The notes under the pieces: generated by a model
What the model was told of the DNA's origin: nothing
The model's database searches: none
Seen by the model: the letters and a program-made list of their open reading frames with translations, nothing else
Part shown: piece by piece, positions 31,722-43,335 of the stretch
How the letters are laid out: each line of letters starts with the position of its first letter
How positions within the stretch are numbered: the stretch's first letter is position 1
Program-made: the position numbers and the translations under genes
Assembly (NCBI GenBank): GCA_965219385.1
Contig: CBDCNM010000002.1
Coordinates: 2,164,936-2,228,935 of the forward strand
DNA length: 64,000 bases
Reading direction: 5' to 3'
DNA from: Candidatus Latescibacterota bacterium
Lineage (GTDB): Bacteria > Latescibacterota > UBA2968 > UBA8231

Positions 31722-33884
31722 TCAAAGGTAGAAGATGCTGTTCCCTATCTTGCCGGTGAAGTAGTCGATGACCAGCCACATCCCATTGCACAGCATCTGG
31801 CCGGCGATCATACCCAGGAAGAAAGGCTGGCTGCGACGGTAGAGACCGGGACCTCCGTACCTGAGAATGACCACCTTGATGAACCAGGCCAGAAACACGC
31901 TGAAGGCAATCATGCGCATCAACCAGGTGCCGCAGATGGGAAAACCGATGGGGTGCAGCGGCCACCAGGTCAGGTGCTGGCGGGCCCACATCATCGCCAG
32001 CATGGCCGCGCCCCCGCCCACAAAAATCCCGATGCCGGGCCAGGAGGGTCCGGTGGGCTCGAGATTGCGCGCGGCGTTTTCGTATATCTCCAGGGGGGCG
32101 CGGTTGAAAAACCAGTGGCTCAGGTTGATGCCGCCGTGCTGGTAGGCCATGTGGAAGATCATCCAGAAGGAGCCCAGAGCGCCGATCAGCAGGGCCAGGA
32201 CAATGGCCCGGAAGATGGTCCGCCGGTGTCTCGGTTCCATTTCATCCACCAGCTTCAGGGCATTGGCGCAGGTGGCCATTACAAAGGAGCGCACCTCGGC
32301 ATTCCAGATATAGGTCAGGCACAGGTTGAAGGACCCGCTCGGGCCCGCCAGCGAAGATCCCAGTCCATAGAGGATAAAGTCCGGAGCGACCATGGGCGAG
32401 CGCAGGGTGGCTACCCCGGCCTCAACTATGACCCGGGTCATGCCGATGAAGATCAGCATGGCCAGGGCGATGCACAGCAGGCCGACCCAGAACGGGGTGC
32501 CCATGATCCACAGCCAGCCGGCCATGGTCAGGATGCCTCCAACGACCCCGATGACGGCGTGGCGGTAGGACATGATTTCGTCGCCGTCGTCGACGTGGGG
32601 CGCCTGGCCCAGGGCTTTGAGGACGACCTTTTTGAGGTGCTCGCGGGCGGTCCACAGCCCCACCAGCACCATGGCCAGCAAGGCGCCCAAACCCTGGTAG
32701 CCGAGGAAGGGGAAGGAGGCGATTCCATAGGTCATCTGCTGGTCGGACTTGAGGCCAGTTACGATGAAGAGTTCTTTCTCGAGATGGGACAGGAGCTGGA
32801 AAACCCATATGCTGGCCGAGATCCTGGTATTGATCAGGTAGGAAAATCCGATCATGGCGAAGCTGATATTCAGGTGCAGTTGTTGCTGGCCCACGAGATC
32901 CACCCACCAACTCGTGGTGGGCACGGGGACGGCCGTGTTGTAGCGACTCAAGCCGGTGAGGCTGCCCACGATCAGCGGCAGAGCAAAGCCGAGCCACATG
33001 GATTTCTGTTTAAAAAAGCCGTTCACCAGCCGGTCTTCGTCCTCGCCGCGGATCATGGCCAGGCCCACCTGGGCCAGCGGGTAGGCCAGGCGCTCGCGCT
33101 CCATCCACTGGCGCCGCAAAATCACCGCGGTCGAGACCATGGTCAGGTAGAGCGCCAGCAGGAAAATGCTCCACCACATCAAAGGCTCGGCCCAGGCTCC
33201 GTACGGGATGCCCTGATCCGCTTTAAATACACCCTCGTAAAAGGTGGTATTGCGGTTGCCATCGTCCACCAGGATGGGTTTTGCGGGGAAGTGGGGAAAC
33301 AAGGTTTCCCGCCACTTGTTCTCGGGCGAGGCAAAATAGAAGATGGCGGTGAGCGCCGGCAGGAGTTCCTCGCTCAGACCCATGGTGCACAGGGCCGAAA
33401 CGATCAGCAGCATGGCGTAGACCAGGATCAGCTCGGAGCGGTTCAGGGCCAGGCTGCGTCCCCGGCTGGTAAGAGGCAGATTGACCAGGGTGCACAGCAG
33501 CACAGAGGAGGAGAAGATCAGGCCGGGTGAATAAGGATCCAGGTCGGTGAGCGGCCAGTGGGCGCCGAGCCAGCCGGCCCCTGCCAGCAGGGCAAAGACG
33601 AGGGCGGCCCCTTTGTTGCGGCCGGCCAGTTTGAGCAGCAGGTTCAGCACCCCGATCAGGAAGAGGAAGAGAAAGATGGCGCCGGGGGTGCTGATATCCA
33701 GGGCCATGTAACTACCCTTGATGATCATGTTGCCGTAGGGGGCGCCGATGGCGAGAAAGAAACTCAGGAAGCAGCCCACCCAGAATCCTCGCAGGGTGGG
33801 TTTGAGTGGTCCGGTCCCCACGAACAGGGTCCGGGACTGGGTTTCCAGGAATTGACGGTACGCGCCGGGGATTTCCTTGCTCAA
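31722..33884 (-). CDS. Polytopic membrane protein (DUF6785/DUF6784-like, putative transporter)
   Basis: RRQWMERERLAYPL and WWPLHPIGF motifs, many TM segments. TTG start at 33884 chosen by comparison with the paralogue. Confidence 0.75.
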   Translation of the reverse strand: MSKEIPGAYRQFLETQSRTLFVGTGPLKPTLRGFWVGCFLSFFLAIGAPYGNMIIKGSYMALDISTPGAIFLFLFLIGVLNLLLKLAGRNKGAALVFALLAGAGWLGAHWPLTDLDPYSPGLIFSSSVLLCTLVNLPLTSRGRSLALNRSELILVYAMLLIVSALCTMGLSEELLPALTAIFYFASPENKWRETLFPHFPAKPILVDDGNRNTTFYEGVFKADQGIPYGAWAEPLMWWSIFLLALYLTMVSTAVILRRQWMERERLAYPLAQVGLAMIRGEDEDRLVNGFFKQKSMWLGFALPLIVGSLTGLSRYNTAVPVPTTSWWVDLVGQQQLHLNISFAMIGFSYLINTRISASIWVFQLLSHLEKELFIVTGLKSDQQMTYGIASFPFLGYQGLGALLAMVLVGLWTAREHLKKVVLKALGQAPHVDDGDEIMSYRHAVIGVVGGILTMAGWLWIMGTPFWVGLLCIALAMLIFIGMTRVIVEAGVATLRSPMVAPDFILYGLGSSLAGPSGSFNLCLTYIWNAEVRSFVMATCANALKLVDEMEPRHRRTIFRAIVLALLIGALGSFWMIFHMAYQHGGINLSHWFFNRAPLEIYENAARNLEPTGPSWPGIGIFVGGGAAMLAMMWARQHLTWWPLHPIGFPICGTWLMRMIAFSVFLAWFIKVVILRYGGPGLYRRSQPFFLGMIAGQMLCNGMWLVIDYFTGKIGNSIFYL

Positions 33885-33894
33885 GCCGGCGGAA

Positions 33895-34614
33895 TCACCT
33901 GTTTTTCGGGACCATTTTGCGGACCCCGTTTTCGTAGCGGAGTTCGAATTCATCCTCTGGTACGGGCAGGGCGCGGACGGCCAGTTCGCCGGAGGTGACC
34001 ATGGGCTCGGTGACGAGCAGGAGTTCGTCGAGGGATTCCCGTGGGGTCCTGTCCGTGGTATCGAGGGCGATGTAGGAGCGCTGCCTGAAGAGCGATTTTT
34101 CGCACTCTTCCGCAAAGCGTTCTTTGATTTCCGGGATGTCTTTTTCCTTGATGACCTGGTACTGGTGCGGGTCGGCCTGCATGCGCTCGCGGATGGCCTC
34201 GTCGCTGGCGGCGAGGTGGATCAGCACCACATCGGGCAGATGGGCTTCGAGCACCTTGGCTTCGTAACCGCGCTGGAAACCATAGTGGAAATTCGGGTAG
34301 TAGGGGCTGTCGGGGTCGTCTCCGTACATGGCAGTGTACACGGCTTCTTCGATATGCCATCCGGCGATCATGGTGTTTTCGTAATTTTTGATGACATCAA
34401 TGTGGTAGTGGATCTGCATGCGCTGCATGCGTTCCTTCACATCGTTGGGAAAGTTTATCGCCTGGGCCCGGGATTCGGGACTCAGGCTGTTGTCGGGCAG
34501 GGTGAAGTGATCGTCTCCGTGGACGGGGCGGCCCCGTTTTTGGTAGTATGCGGTCAGGAGTTCGATCAGGGTGGTTTTGCCGGCGTACTCGATGCCTACG
34601 AAGATACAGCGCAT
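33895..34614 (-). CDS. P-loop nucleotide-kinase-like protein
   Basis: IFVGIEYAGKTT at the N-terminus, PDVVLIHLAAS; RBS AGGAG. Confidence 0.75.
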   Translation of the reverse strand: MRCIFVGIEYAGKTTLIELLTAYYQKRGRPVHGDDHFTLPDNSLSPESRAQAINFPNDVKERMQRMQIHYHIDVIKNYENTMIAGWHIEEAVYTAMYGDDPDSPYYPNFHYGFQRGYEAKVLEAHLPDVVLIHLAASDEAIRERMQADPHQYQVIKEKDIPEIKERFAEECEKSLFRQRSYIALDTTDRTPRESLDELLLVTEPMVTSGELAVRALPVPEDEFELRYENGVRKMVPKNR

Positions 34615-34773
34615 ATGGAATACTCCTTTCGGTGGGGGGCAGAGGTTGGAAACCGTGCGCGTACAAGGTGGAAAAACTTGAAGATGTCGTCAAGTATCGG
34701 TATAATTGAGGTGCATCCGAGGCAATTGCCAGCAGCTTTGCACCAGAGCCAGGCTCTCCTCTCAGGAGGTACT

Positions 34774-35187
34774 ATGGCGTCCAATATCCGCCGCGTGGAC
34801 TATTTTCACATCACTGTCAAGGACCAGCCCGGAGAAGCCTACAAACTGCTCTCCCTGCTCGCCGAACTGGGGGTCAACCAGCTCGCCTTCACGGCCGTTC
34901 CCGTGGGCCGTGGACACACCGAACTCACGCTCTTTCCGGAAGATCCGCTGAAACTGATCAACGAGGGCGAAAAAGCCCGTTTGGAGCTGGATGGTCCCTA
35001 CCCCGCCTTTCTGGCGCAGGGCGACGACGAGCCGGGGGCGCTGGTCGATATTCACGTCAAACTCTACGAAGCCAAGGTCGACGTGTACGGCTCCAGCGGG
35101 GTGACGGATGGGAGGGGGGGATTCGGTTATGTCCTGTACATAGCCCCAGAGGATTGCGATCGGGCCAAGGCGGTTCTCGAGGAATGA
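34774..35187 (+). CDS. Tandem ACT-like domain protein
   Basis: VKDQPGEAYKLLSLLAELGVN and DDEPGALVDIH; RBS AGGAGG before ATG 34774. Confidence 0.75.
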   Translation: MASNIRRVDYFHITVKDQPGEAYKLLSLLAELGVNQLAFTAVPVGRGHTELTLFPEDPLKLINEGEKARLELDGPYPAFLAQGDDEPGALVDIHVKLYEAKVDVYGSSGVTDGRGGFGYVLYIAPEDCDRAKAVLEE

Positions 35188-35199
35188 GTTAAACTCCTT

Positions 35200-35847
35200 T
35201 CATCCGACCTTCACCGACACGGCCAGCCAGCCCCCCACCGCCAGGATGTGGGAGACCAGTCGCGGGTCCTCGGCCACGCGCTGGTTGTAGATCTGGATCC
35301 CCCGTCTTGTATCTCTTTCTTCCAGTACTTCGTGGGCATGGCCGTGTCCATTGGCATTGTCGGCAATGATCAGGCCCCCCAGCCGCACGTGTTCCAGGGC
35401 GAAGTCCAGGTAGCGGGGATAACTCTCTTTGTCGGCATCGATGAAGGCCAGGTCAAAGGGGCCTTTGGTAGCTACCTGAGGCAGGAGGTCCACGGCCGGG
35501 CCCAGGTGCACCTCGGCCCGGTCCGCTACTCCGGCGCGAGCGTAGTTCTGGCGCGCCAGTTCGGCATGCCTGGGCTCGATTTCCAGGGAGATGAGGCGGC
35601 CGTTTTCGGGCAGGGCCCGCGCCAGCCAGATCCCCGAGTACCCGGCCAGGGCCCCGAACTCGATGATCCGGCGCGCTCCGATCATTGTGGCCAGCAGGTG
35701 GAGGGTCTTGCCCGAGTCCGGGCTCACCGAAATCGGCGGCAGGCCCTGCTCCACGGCCTCGGGCATTACCCTCTTCAGGACTTCGTCTTCTTCTACGAAG
35801 AGGTTCAGGCGATAGGTCTCCAGATCGGGGTAAACTCGAGCCGTCAT
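35200..35847 (-). CDS. SAM-dependent O-methyltransferase (COMT/CCoAOMT-like)
   Basis: IIEFGALAGYSGIW, FDLAFIDADKESY, IIADN. Confidence 0.9.
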   Translation of the reverse strand: MTARVYPDLETYRLNLFVEEDEVLKRVMPEAVEQGLPPISVSPDSGKTLHLLATMIGARRIIEFGALAGYSGIWLARALPENGRLISLEIEPRHAELARQNYARAGVADRAEVHLGPAVDLLPQVATKGPFDLAFIDADKESYPRYLDFALEHVRLGGLIIADNANGHGHAHEVLEERDTRRGIQIYNQRVAEDPRLVSHILAVGGWLAVSVKVG

Positions 35848-35869
35848 GTTGTTTCCTTTCTGGTAGACA

Positions 35870-37492
35870 TCATTCCCCCGGAATTCCACCCTCAATAGGC
35901 ACGTGCACCAGGACCGGCACCTGTTCATCCAGTCCCCGGCGCATCAAGTTCACCAGTTCGCTCTTATGCTCGGCGCGAGCGCCCAAGGCGCCCAAGCCCC
36001 GGGCCACCTCGGCGAAATCCACCGGTCCCAGGGTGCTGCTCATGGCCTCGCCGTAGCGCTGCAAATGCCCGCTCTCGGTGATGCCCCAGCTCTCGTCGTC
36101 CGCCACGATCATTACAAAGGGCAGCTTCTGGCGCGCCGCGCATTCCAGCTCCGCAATGGTAAAGGTTGCGGCCCCGTCCCCGGAGAGCAATACCACCGGC
36201 CGCCGGGGGAAACCGGCCCGCGCGGCCATGGCCCCGGGGATGCCGAAACCCACCACCCCGCTGGCCCCGCAGGTCAGGTAGTGGCCCGGATAGCGCCGGC
36301 GCGCCAGAGTCTGGTGGAACCACTGGCCGATATTGCCCCCGTCCACCACCACCACGGCCTCTGGACTCAGGACTTCTTCGAGGGCTTCCATGATGTCCAG
36401 GGCGTGCAGGCCCTTGTCCCGCTCCGCCTGATTGACCACCCAGGATTGAAAGGCGTCCCGCAGCTTGCAGGCCTCTGCCAGCCAGTCCTCGAAGCCGTCC
36501 ACCTGGCGCTCGGTGCAGGCCTGGTGCAGCTGCTCCAGCACAACCGCCGGATCCGCCTGGATGTCCAGTTCCGTCAGCTTCTTCTCCGCCAGGCGTCCCG
36601 GGTCCACGTCCACCCGTATCACCCGGGCCTGCGCCTCCAGGGCCGGGGCCTGCAAATAGCCCAGGCGGTAGTCCGCTGCCGCGCCCAGTGATAAAACCAG
36701 ATCCGCTTTCCGCAGCAGGGCAGGTCCGCCGCTGGCCGCGCCGATGACGCCCATGAATTCCGGCCTGCTGCCGGATATGGTTCCTCTATCCCAGATGGGT
36801 ACCACCACCGGAACGGCATACGCTGCGACAAAGGCCGCCAGGGGACTGCCGGCGCCGGCGTAGTAGGCGCCGCTGCCCGCCACCAGCAAAGGCCGCCGGG
36901 CGCCGGCCAGCAGGTCCACGGCCCGGGCAACGTCCCTGGGGGCCGCGCCCATCCGTCCGGGCATGGGTGCCGGCCCGGACGGCAGCCCCACCTCCACTCC
37001 GACTTCCTGTATGTCCATTGGGAAGGTCAGGTGCACCGGACCGGGCCGCCCGCTCAGGGCCGCGGCAAAGGCCTGGTGCACGAACTCGGGGATGTGCTCG
37101 GGCACGTCCATGACCCGCGCGTACTTGCACATGGGCGCGGCCAGGCCCACCTGGTCGAAGTCCTGGAAGTGCCCCATGCCCGCGGTGCGCAGCGGGCCGG
37201 CCCCGGTCAGCAGGAGCATGGGCGCCCCATCGAAGTGGGCATTGACCACCCCGGTCATGGCATTGGCGTGGGCCACCCCGCTGCTCACCGCGCACACCCC
37301 CACCTGCTGGCTCAAGCGGCCCCAGCACTCGGCCATGTAGGCTGCGGTTTGCTCGTTGCGGACGTCGATCAGTCTTATGCCGGCGCGTCGGCAGGCCGCG
37401 TAGACCTCGTTGAGGCCGTGCCCGCACAGGGTGCCGATCCACTCCACCCCCTGGGCCCGCAAACTGCGGGCGAACAGGTCTGCTCCGTTCAT
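35870..37492 (-). CDS. Thiamine-diphosphate-dependent enzyme (acetolactate synthase-like family)
   Basis: VRNEQTAAYMA, RPGPVHL, SGDGAATF. Confidence 0.9.
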   Translation of the reverse strand: MNGADLFARSLRAQGVEWIGTLCGHGLNEVYAACRRAGIRLIDVRNEQTAAYMAECWGRLSQQVGVCAVSSGVAHANAMTGVVNAHFDGAPMLLLTGAGPLRTAGMGHFQDFDQVGLAAPMCKYARVMDVPEHIPEFVHQAFAAALSGRPGPVHLTFPMDIQEVGVEVGLPSGPAPMPGRMGAAPRDVARAVDLLAGARRPLLVAGSGAYYAGAGSPLAAFVAAYAVPVVVPIWDRGTISGSRPEFMGVIGAASGGPALLRKADLVLSLGAAADYRLGYLQAPALEAQARVIRVDVDPGRLAEKKLTELDIQADPAVVLEQLHQACTERQVDGFEDWLAEACKLRDAFQSWVVNQAERDKGLHALDIMEALEEVLSPEAVVVVDGGNIGQWFHQTLARRRYPGHYLTCGASGVVGFGIPGAMAARAGFPRRPVVLLSGDGAATFTIAELECAARQKLPFVMIVADDESWGITESGHLQRYGEAMSSTLGPVDFAEVARGLGALGARAEHKSELVNLMRRGLDEQVPVLVHVPIEGGIPGE

Positions 37493-37671
37493 GGGGTATC
37501 CTCCCTGCCCGTGGTGGTGCTCAAGGTACGCAATGCCCTACCACCCAACAAGTATCAGTACTTCACGGAATCGGCGGGTGGCCGTGCGGGGATTGAGGTC
37601 CAAATAGTTACGGGTATTTCGTGAAGTACTGATTATATTTAGACATTAGAAAAAGACGGAAAATCGCTCCC

Positions 37672-37930
37672 ATGCTCACCCACGACCAACTCGCACACTT
37701 CAGGGAACAAGGCTATCTGGTCATCGGCCATGCCGTCCCCCCCGATCTTTTCGAATCCTTGCGCCAGGCCACGGCCCGGGTCACGGCCCGGACCCGCCAG
37801 GGCGACTGGCCCCACAACCGCGACGCCGGCGACGGGGATATCTGGGGCGTCAGCCACCTCCTCCACCCGGACCTGGGCGAAAGCATTTTCGCCCGCTACA
37901 TGGCCGCACCCGAGGTGCTGGAGGTGGGCC
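37672..37930 (+). pseudogene. PhyH-family N-terminal fragment
   Basis: MLTHDQLAHFREQGYLVI; resemblance is lost after about 85 codons. Confidence 0.65.
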
Positions 37931-38084
37931 GATCTGCTCGGGGTAGCCCCAGGCAGAAAAGCACGCCAACCTGCTGCATCGGGGGGTCTATCATCCCTCA
38001 GCGGACCTGCCTTTCACGCAATTTCCGCACCCGGCGGATCGCTCACAACACAGATCTCACTGCTAAAAAAAGGAAACTCTAGCC

Positions 38085-39458
38085 GTGAAAATCGATCGCC
38101 GCACAAGCCCGAAAAAACTCCTTCCCGCCATCCACCACTTCCTCGAACTCACGGCCCACAAGATCCTCGACCTGGACGCCGGGTGGGATCCCGGCCAGGG
38201 CACGCCGGTCTTCACCCGGGCCGGTCGCTACACCACCCAGGGCTGGACCGAGTGGACCCAGGGATTCCAGTACGGCTGTGCCATCCTCCAGTACGACATG
38301 ACCGGAGAAGAGCGCTTTCTCGCCATCGGCCGCCGGCGCACCATCGCCCATATGGCTCCGCACCTTTCCCACGTCGGGGTCCACGACCACGGCTTCAACA
38401 ACCTCTCCACCTACGGCAATTTGCGCCGCCTGGTGCTGGAAGGCCGCATCCCGTTCGACCAGAGCGAACTCGACCTGTACGAACTGGCCTTGAAGGTTTC
38501 GGGCGCGGTGCAGGCCGCGCGCTGGACTCCCACCGCCTACGGCAGCGGGTTCATTCACTCCTTCAACGGGCCGCACTCCCTGTTTGCCGACACCATGCGC
38601 TCCCTGCGCATCCTCGGCCTGGCCCACGAACTGGGGCACGTGCTCATGGGCGAAGGGGACCGGCCCATCAACCTGCTGGGCCGGTTGCTCGAACACGCCA
38701 CCACCAGCGCGCGTTTCAATGTGTACTACGGCGAGGGCCGCGACGCCTTCGATGTGCCGGGCCGGGTGGCGCACGAATCCATCTTCAACGTCCACGACGG
38801 CCAGTACCGCTGCGCCAGTACCCAGCAGGGTTATTCCGCTTTCTCCACCTGGACCCGAGGCCTGTCCTGGGTCTTGAGCGGCTACGCCGAATTGCTGGAG
38901 TACATCGCGACCCGCAAAAACCGGGACCTGGAAGGCCTGGGCAAGAAGCGGTCGCTTATCGCAATGATGGAAAAGGCCGCCGTGGCCACCGCCGAGTTTC
39001 ACCTCGAAAACAGCTTTGCCGATGGTATCCCCTTCTGGGACACCGGCGCGCCGGGCGTGGCCTCCTTCGGCCGCATCGCCCACACGCCCTCCGACCCTCA
39101 CAACGATGTGGAGCCTCTGGACAGCTCGGCCGCGGCCATCTGCGGCCAGGGTTTTTTGCGTCTGGGCAACTACCTTCTTTCCAGAGGGGATGAAAAAAAC
39201 GGCCGGCGCTACAAAGCCGCGGCCTGCACCATCGCCCACGCCCTCCTGCACGAGCCCTACCTCTCCACCGATAAAAAACACCAGGGCATCACCCTGCACG
39301 CCATCTACCACCGTCCCAATGGCTGGGATTGGGTGCCCAAAGGACGCAGGATCCCCTGCGGCGAGTCCTGTATGTGGGGCGACTACCACACCATGGAGCT
39401 GATTCACCTGATCAAACGCGAGGCCGAAGGCGGCCCTTACCCACTGTTCTTCAAATAG
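38085..39458 (+). CDS. GH88-like (unsaturated glucuronyl hydrolase-like) glycosidase
   Basis: EWTQGF, HDHGF, STWTRGLSW, DSSAAAI, WGDY. Confidence 0.82.
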   Translation: MKIDRRTSPKKLLPAIHHFLELTAHKILDLDAGWDPGQGTPVFTRAGRYTTQGWTEWTQGFQYGCAILQYDMTGEERFLAIGRRRTIAHMAPHLSHVGVHDHGFNNLSTYGNLRRLVLEGRIPFDQSELDLYELALKVSGAVQAARWTPTAYGSGFIHSFNGPHSLFADTMRSLRILGLAHELGHVLMGEGDRPINLLGRLLEHATTSARFNVYYGEGRDAFDVPGRVAHESIFNVHDGQYRCASTQQGYSAFSTWTRGLSWVLSGYAELLEYIATRKNRDLEGLGKKRSLIAMMEKAAVATAEFHLENSFADGIPFWDTGAPGVASFGRIAHTPSDPHNDVEPLDSSAAAICGQGFLRLGNYLLSRGDEKNGRRYKAAACTIAHALLHEPYLSTDKKHQGITLHAIYHRPNGWDWVPKGRRIPCGESCMWGDYHTMELIHLIKREAEGGPYPLFFK

Positions 39459-39468
39459 GAGTCGAGTC

Positions 39469-40422
39469 ATGCAGGATGATCTCGCAACCCACCTGTGGAT
39501 GCGCATCCTGGAAAGGACCCAGCACGCCCTTCGCTGCGGTGCCCTTCGGCCTCTTTCTACCCGGTCCGAATTCGTCGAAGAGGAAGGCATTCGCTTCCTG
39601 GTCCGCATCCTGACCGAGCGTTCGCCCGGGGACGAGGCCGGCGAGAAGCAAAAAGCAGAGAAGATCGCCACCGGCAAAGAGCCCAACCCCTTCCTGCCCT
39701 ACGAGCAGGACCTCTTCGTTGCCGATGTCTCCGCCACCCATCTGTGCCTGCTGAACAAGTTCAATGTCGCCGACCACCACCTGCTGATCGTCACCCGCCA
39801 CTACGAAGACCAGGAATCCGTCCTCACCCTGCAGGACTTCGAAGCCATGTGGACCTGTCTGGGCGAATTCGAGGGCCTGGCCTTCTACAACGCCGGCCGG
39901 ACCGCCGGCGCCAGCCAGCCCCACAAACACCTGCAACTCGTGCCCCTGCCTTTTGCTTCTACAGGGCCGGCGATCCCCATCGTAGCGGCGCTCGAGACGG
40001 CCCGGTTTTCCGGCCCGGTTGGCACAGTGCCGAATCTGCCCTTTAAACACGCCGTGATCCGGCTGGATCCTCACTGGGCCCGGTCCCCGCTCGAAGCGGC
40101 CCGGGCCACCTTCGAATGCTACGACCTCATGCTAGAAGCAATGGGATTACACAGCGACACTGGAAGCGGTCCACCCGGTCCCTACAACCTCCTCGTCGCG
40201 CGGGAGTGGATGCTGCTGGTGCCGCGCTCCAGGAAAAAGTTCGCCTCCATCCCGATCAATGCCCTCGGCTTTGCCGGCGCCTTCCTGCTGCGCAGCCCGC
40301 AACAGATGCAGACTCTGAAAGCCCACGGCCCCCTGAACCTCCTCAGGGGAGTTGCCGTACCTTCTTCCCCAGCACCGCGATCTGATCGGCGTGGCGGATG
40401 GTGGTCGGGCGGTGGGCGATGA
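39469..40422 (+). CDS. ATP adenylyltransferase / Ap4A phosphorylase II
   Basis: NPFLPYEQDL, LLNKFNV, AGASQPHKHLQ, INALGFAG. Confidence 0.88.
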   Translation: MQDDLATHLWMRILERTQHALRCGALRPLSTRSEFVEEEGIRFLVRILTERSPGDEAGEKQKAEKIATGKEPNPFLPYEQDLFVADVSATHLCLLNKFNVADHHLLIVTRHYEDQESVLTLQDFEAMWTCLGEFEGLAFYNAGRTAGASQPHKHLQLVPLPFASTGPAIPIVAALETARFSGPVGTVPNLPFKHAVIRLDPHWARSPLEAARATFECYDLMLEAMGLHSDTGSGPPGPYNLLVAREWMLLVPRSRKKFASIPINALGFAGAFLLRSPQQMQTLKAHGPLNLLRGVAVPSSPAPRSDRRGGWWSGGGR

Positions 40423-40432
40423 CCACCATGTC

Positions 40433-43114
40433 CTACGATGCCATCCGCCGCAGCACGGTGTGCAGGATGCCCCCGTTCTTGTAGTAGTTGATTTCCACCG
40501 GGGTATCGATGCGGCAGAGAACCTGGAAGCGCTTTTCGCCGTTTTTCCCCCGGGTGACTACCTCCAGCTTCTGCCCGGGCCGCAGGCTATCGTCCAGCCC
40601 CTCGATGTCGAAGACCTCCTTGCCGCTCAGTCCCAGCCGCTCGCGGCCCTGGCCCTCCTCGAACTGTAGTGGCAGGATGCCCATGCCGATCAGGTTGGAG
40701 CGGTGAATCCGTTCGTAGCTTGCGGCGATTACGGCTTTCACTCCCTGGAGGAAGGGGCCCTTGGCGGCCCAGTCGCGGCTGGAGCCCGTGCCGTACTCCA
40801 CGCCGGCCAGGATGATCAGCGGGGTACCCTCTTCCATGTAGCGTGCCGCCGCCTCGTACATGGTCATCCGTTCGCCGCTGGGCAGGTGGCAGGTGTAGCC
40901 GCCCTCGACCCCGGGCACCAGTTCGTTGCGGATGCGGATATTGGCCAAGGTGCCGCGCACCATCACCTCGTGGTTGCCGCGCCGCGCACCATAGCTGTTC
41001 CACTCGGAGCGCTCTACCCCGCGCTCCTCCAGGTAGGAGGCCGCTGGACTGCCCGAGGCGATGGAACCGGCCGGGGAAATGTGGTCCGTGGTGACGCTGT
41101 CCCCCACCTTGGCCAGGACCCGGGCCCCCTGGATCGGCGCGATCGGAGAGACCTGGTGGCTCAAGTCCTCGAAGAAGGTGGGCCGGCGGATATAGGTGCT
41201 CGCCTCGTCCCAGGTGTAGATTTCGCCCTCGGACACGCGGATGTCGTTCCAGGTCTCGTTGCCGCTGAACACGTTGGCGTACTCCTCCTCGAACATCTTG
41301 GGCTGCACCGAGCGGGCGATCTCGGCGCGGATCTCTTCCTGAGTCGGCCAGATATCGCGCAGGTACACCGGCTGTCCGTCTTTGTCCGTGCCGATACTTT
41401 CGCTCTCGAAGTCGATATCCGCTCGCCCGGCCAGGGCATAGGCCACCACCAGCGGTGGCGAGGCCAGGTAGTTGGCCCGGCTCAGGGGATGCACCCGGCC
41501 CTCGAAGTTGCGGTTGCCGCTGAGCACGCTGCACACCACCAGGTCGTTTTCGTCGATCGCCTTTTCGAGCGGTTCGGCCAGGGGACCGGAGTTGCCGATG
41601 CAGGTGGTGCACCCGTAGCCCACGGTGTGGAAGCCCAGGGCCTCCAGATCTTCGGTGACATTGGCCGCATTCAGGTAGCGCGTCACCACCCGCGAGCCGG
41701 GGGCCATACTGGTCTTTACGTAGGGGGGCACCTGGAGTCCTCTGGCAACCGCGTTGCGCGCCAGCAAGCCGGCGCCTAGCATCACCGCTGGATTGCTGGT
41801 GTTGGTACAGGAGGTGATGGCGGCGATGGCCACGGCCCCGTCGAACAACTTGGTGCTGCCGTTTTCCAGCTCCACCTGGACGTTCTCGCTCTTTTCTTTG
41901 TTGAAGGTTTCCTCCAGGGCGGTTTCAAAGGTGCGCTTCATGGCGCTTAAAGCCACCCGGTCCTGGGGCCTGGTGGGCCCGGCCAGACTGGGCTCCACCG
42001 CGGCCATGTCCAGTTCGAGGGTTTCGCTGAAGACCGGATCGGGGGTGTCTGGGGTGTAGAACATGCCCTGGGCTTCCATGTAGGCCCGGACGCGCTCGAC
42101 CACGGCCGGCTTGCGGCCGGTCTGGCGCAGGTAGGACAGGGTCTCCTCGTCGACCGGGAACAAACCTGTGGTGGCCCCGTACTCCGGCGCCATGTTGGCG
42201 AGGGTGGCGCGATCGGCCAGGCTCAACTTGCTCAGGCCCGGCCCGCAGAATTCCACCAACTTGGCCACCACGCCGTGCTGGCGCAGCATCTGGGTGGCGG
42301 TCAGCACCAGGTCCGTGGCCGTGGTCCCCAAAGGCAACTCACCCTGGAGCCGGAAGCCCACCACGTGGGGCAGCAGCATGTAGATCGGCTGTCCCAGCAT
42401 CACGGCCTCGGCCTCGATGCCGCCCACGCCCCAGCCCACCACGCCCAGGCCGTTGATCATGGTGGTGTGGCTGTCGGTGCCCACCAGGCTGTCCGGAAAG
42501 AAGACCTGGCCGCTCTCTGTGGCGGCGGATTGCACCACTGAGGCCAGGTACTCCAGGTTCACCTGGTGCACGATCCCGGTGGCCGGGGGCACCACGCGGA
42601 AGTTGTCGAAGGCCTCCTGGCCCCAGCGCAAGAATTCGTAGCGCTCCTTGTTGCGGGCGAACTCGCGCTCGGCGTTTAGCTCCAGAGCGCGGCGCACGCC
42701 GTAGTAGTCCACCTGCACCGAGTGGTCGATCACCAGGTCCACGGGGATTTGCGGGTTTACTTTTTTGGGATCGCCTCCCATGGCGGCCGTGGCATCGCGC
42801 ATGGCCGCCAGATCCACCACTGCGGGCACTCCGGTGAAGTCCTGCATGACCACGCGCCCGGGCTTGAAGGGGATCTCTTCCCGCCCCGCTGTGTCCGGGC
42901 TCCAGCGGGCGATCCGCTCCACGTCCTCGCGGGTGATCTCAAAGCCATCGCACTGTCGCAGGGCCGCCTCGAGCAGCACCTTGATCGAAAAGGGCAGGCG
43001 ACCGACCGGGGCGATGCTGTCTTCTTCGAGCTTTTGAATCCGGTAAATGGCGCCGGATTCACTGCCGGCTTGCAGGGTGGTCCGGGCGCCAAAAACATCG
43101 TCGCCATCTGCCAT
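40433..43114 (-). CDS. acnA: Aconitate hydratase A
   Basis: [53 protein letters not shown]; 893 aa. Confidence 0.97.
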   Translation of the reverse strand: MADGDDVFGARTTLQAGSESGAIYRIQKLEEDSIAPVGRLPFSIKVLLEAALRQCDGFEITREDVERIARWSPDTAGREEIPFKPGRVVMQDFTGVPAVVDLAAMRDATAAMGGDPKKVNPQIPVDLVIDHSVQVDYYGVRRALELNAEREFARNKERYEFLRWGQEAFDNFRVVPPATGIVHQVNLEYLASVVQSAATESGQVFFPDSLVGTDSHTTMINGLGVVGWGVGGIEAEAVMLGQPIYMLLPHVVGFRLQGELPLGTTATDLVLTATQMLRQHGVVAKLVEFCGPGLSKLSLADRATLANMAPEYGATTGLFPVDEETLSYLRQTGRKPAVVERVRAYMEAQGMFYTPDTPDPVFSETLELDMAAVEPSLAGPTRPQDRVALSAMKRTFETALEETFNKEKSENVQVELENGSTKLFDGAVAIAAITSCTNTSNPAVMLGAGLLARNAVARGLQVPPYVKTSMAPGSRVVTRYLNAANVTEDLEALGFHTVGYGCTTCIGNSGPLAEPLEKAIDENDLVVCSVLSGNRNFEGRVHPLSRANYLASPPLVVAYALAGRADIDFESESIGTDKDGQPVYLRDIWPTQEEIRAEIARSVQPKMFEEEYANVFSGNETWNDIRVSEGEIYTWDEASTYIRRPTFFEDLSHQVSPIAPIQGARVLAKVGDSVTTDHISPAGSIASGSPAASYLEERGVERSEWNSYGARRGNHEVMVRGTLANIRIRNELVPGVEGGYTCHLPSGERMTMYEAAARYMEEGTPLIILAGVEYGTGSSRDWAAKGPFLQGVKAVIAASYERIHRSNLIGMGILPLQFEEGQGRERLGLSGKEVFDIEGLDDSLRPGQKLEVVTRGKNGEKRFQVLCRIDTPVEINYYKNGGILHTVLRRMAS

Positions 43115-43335
43115 AGAACGACCTTTCGTCGATATTATAGTTTAAAGTCCAGAAGTATTTTAGACTTCTCTGGAAAGCATGTCAAGCTCTCTAACCGACA
43201 GACAAAATCAACCGCGATGGGTGGCGGGCCGCATGGTAGATCTGTAATGGTTCCTCGAATCAGCGAAGGTTTACCAACCCAGTGAAATTGCGTACAATCT
43301 TTGGGCCCTTGTGGCAATGTCCTCCAGGAGGAGAA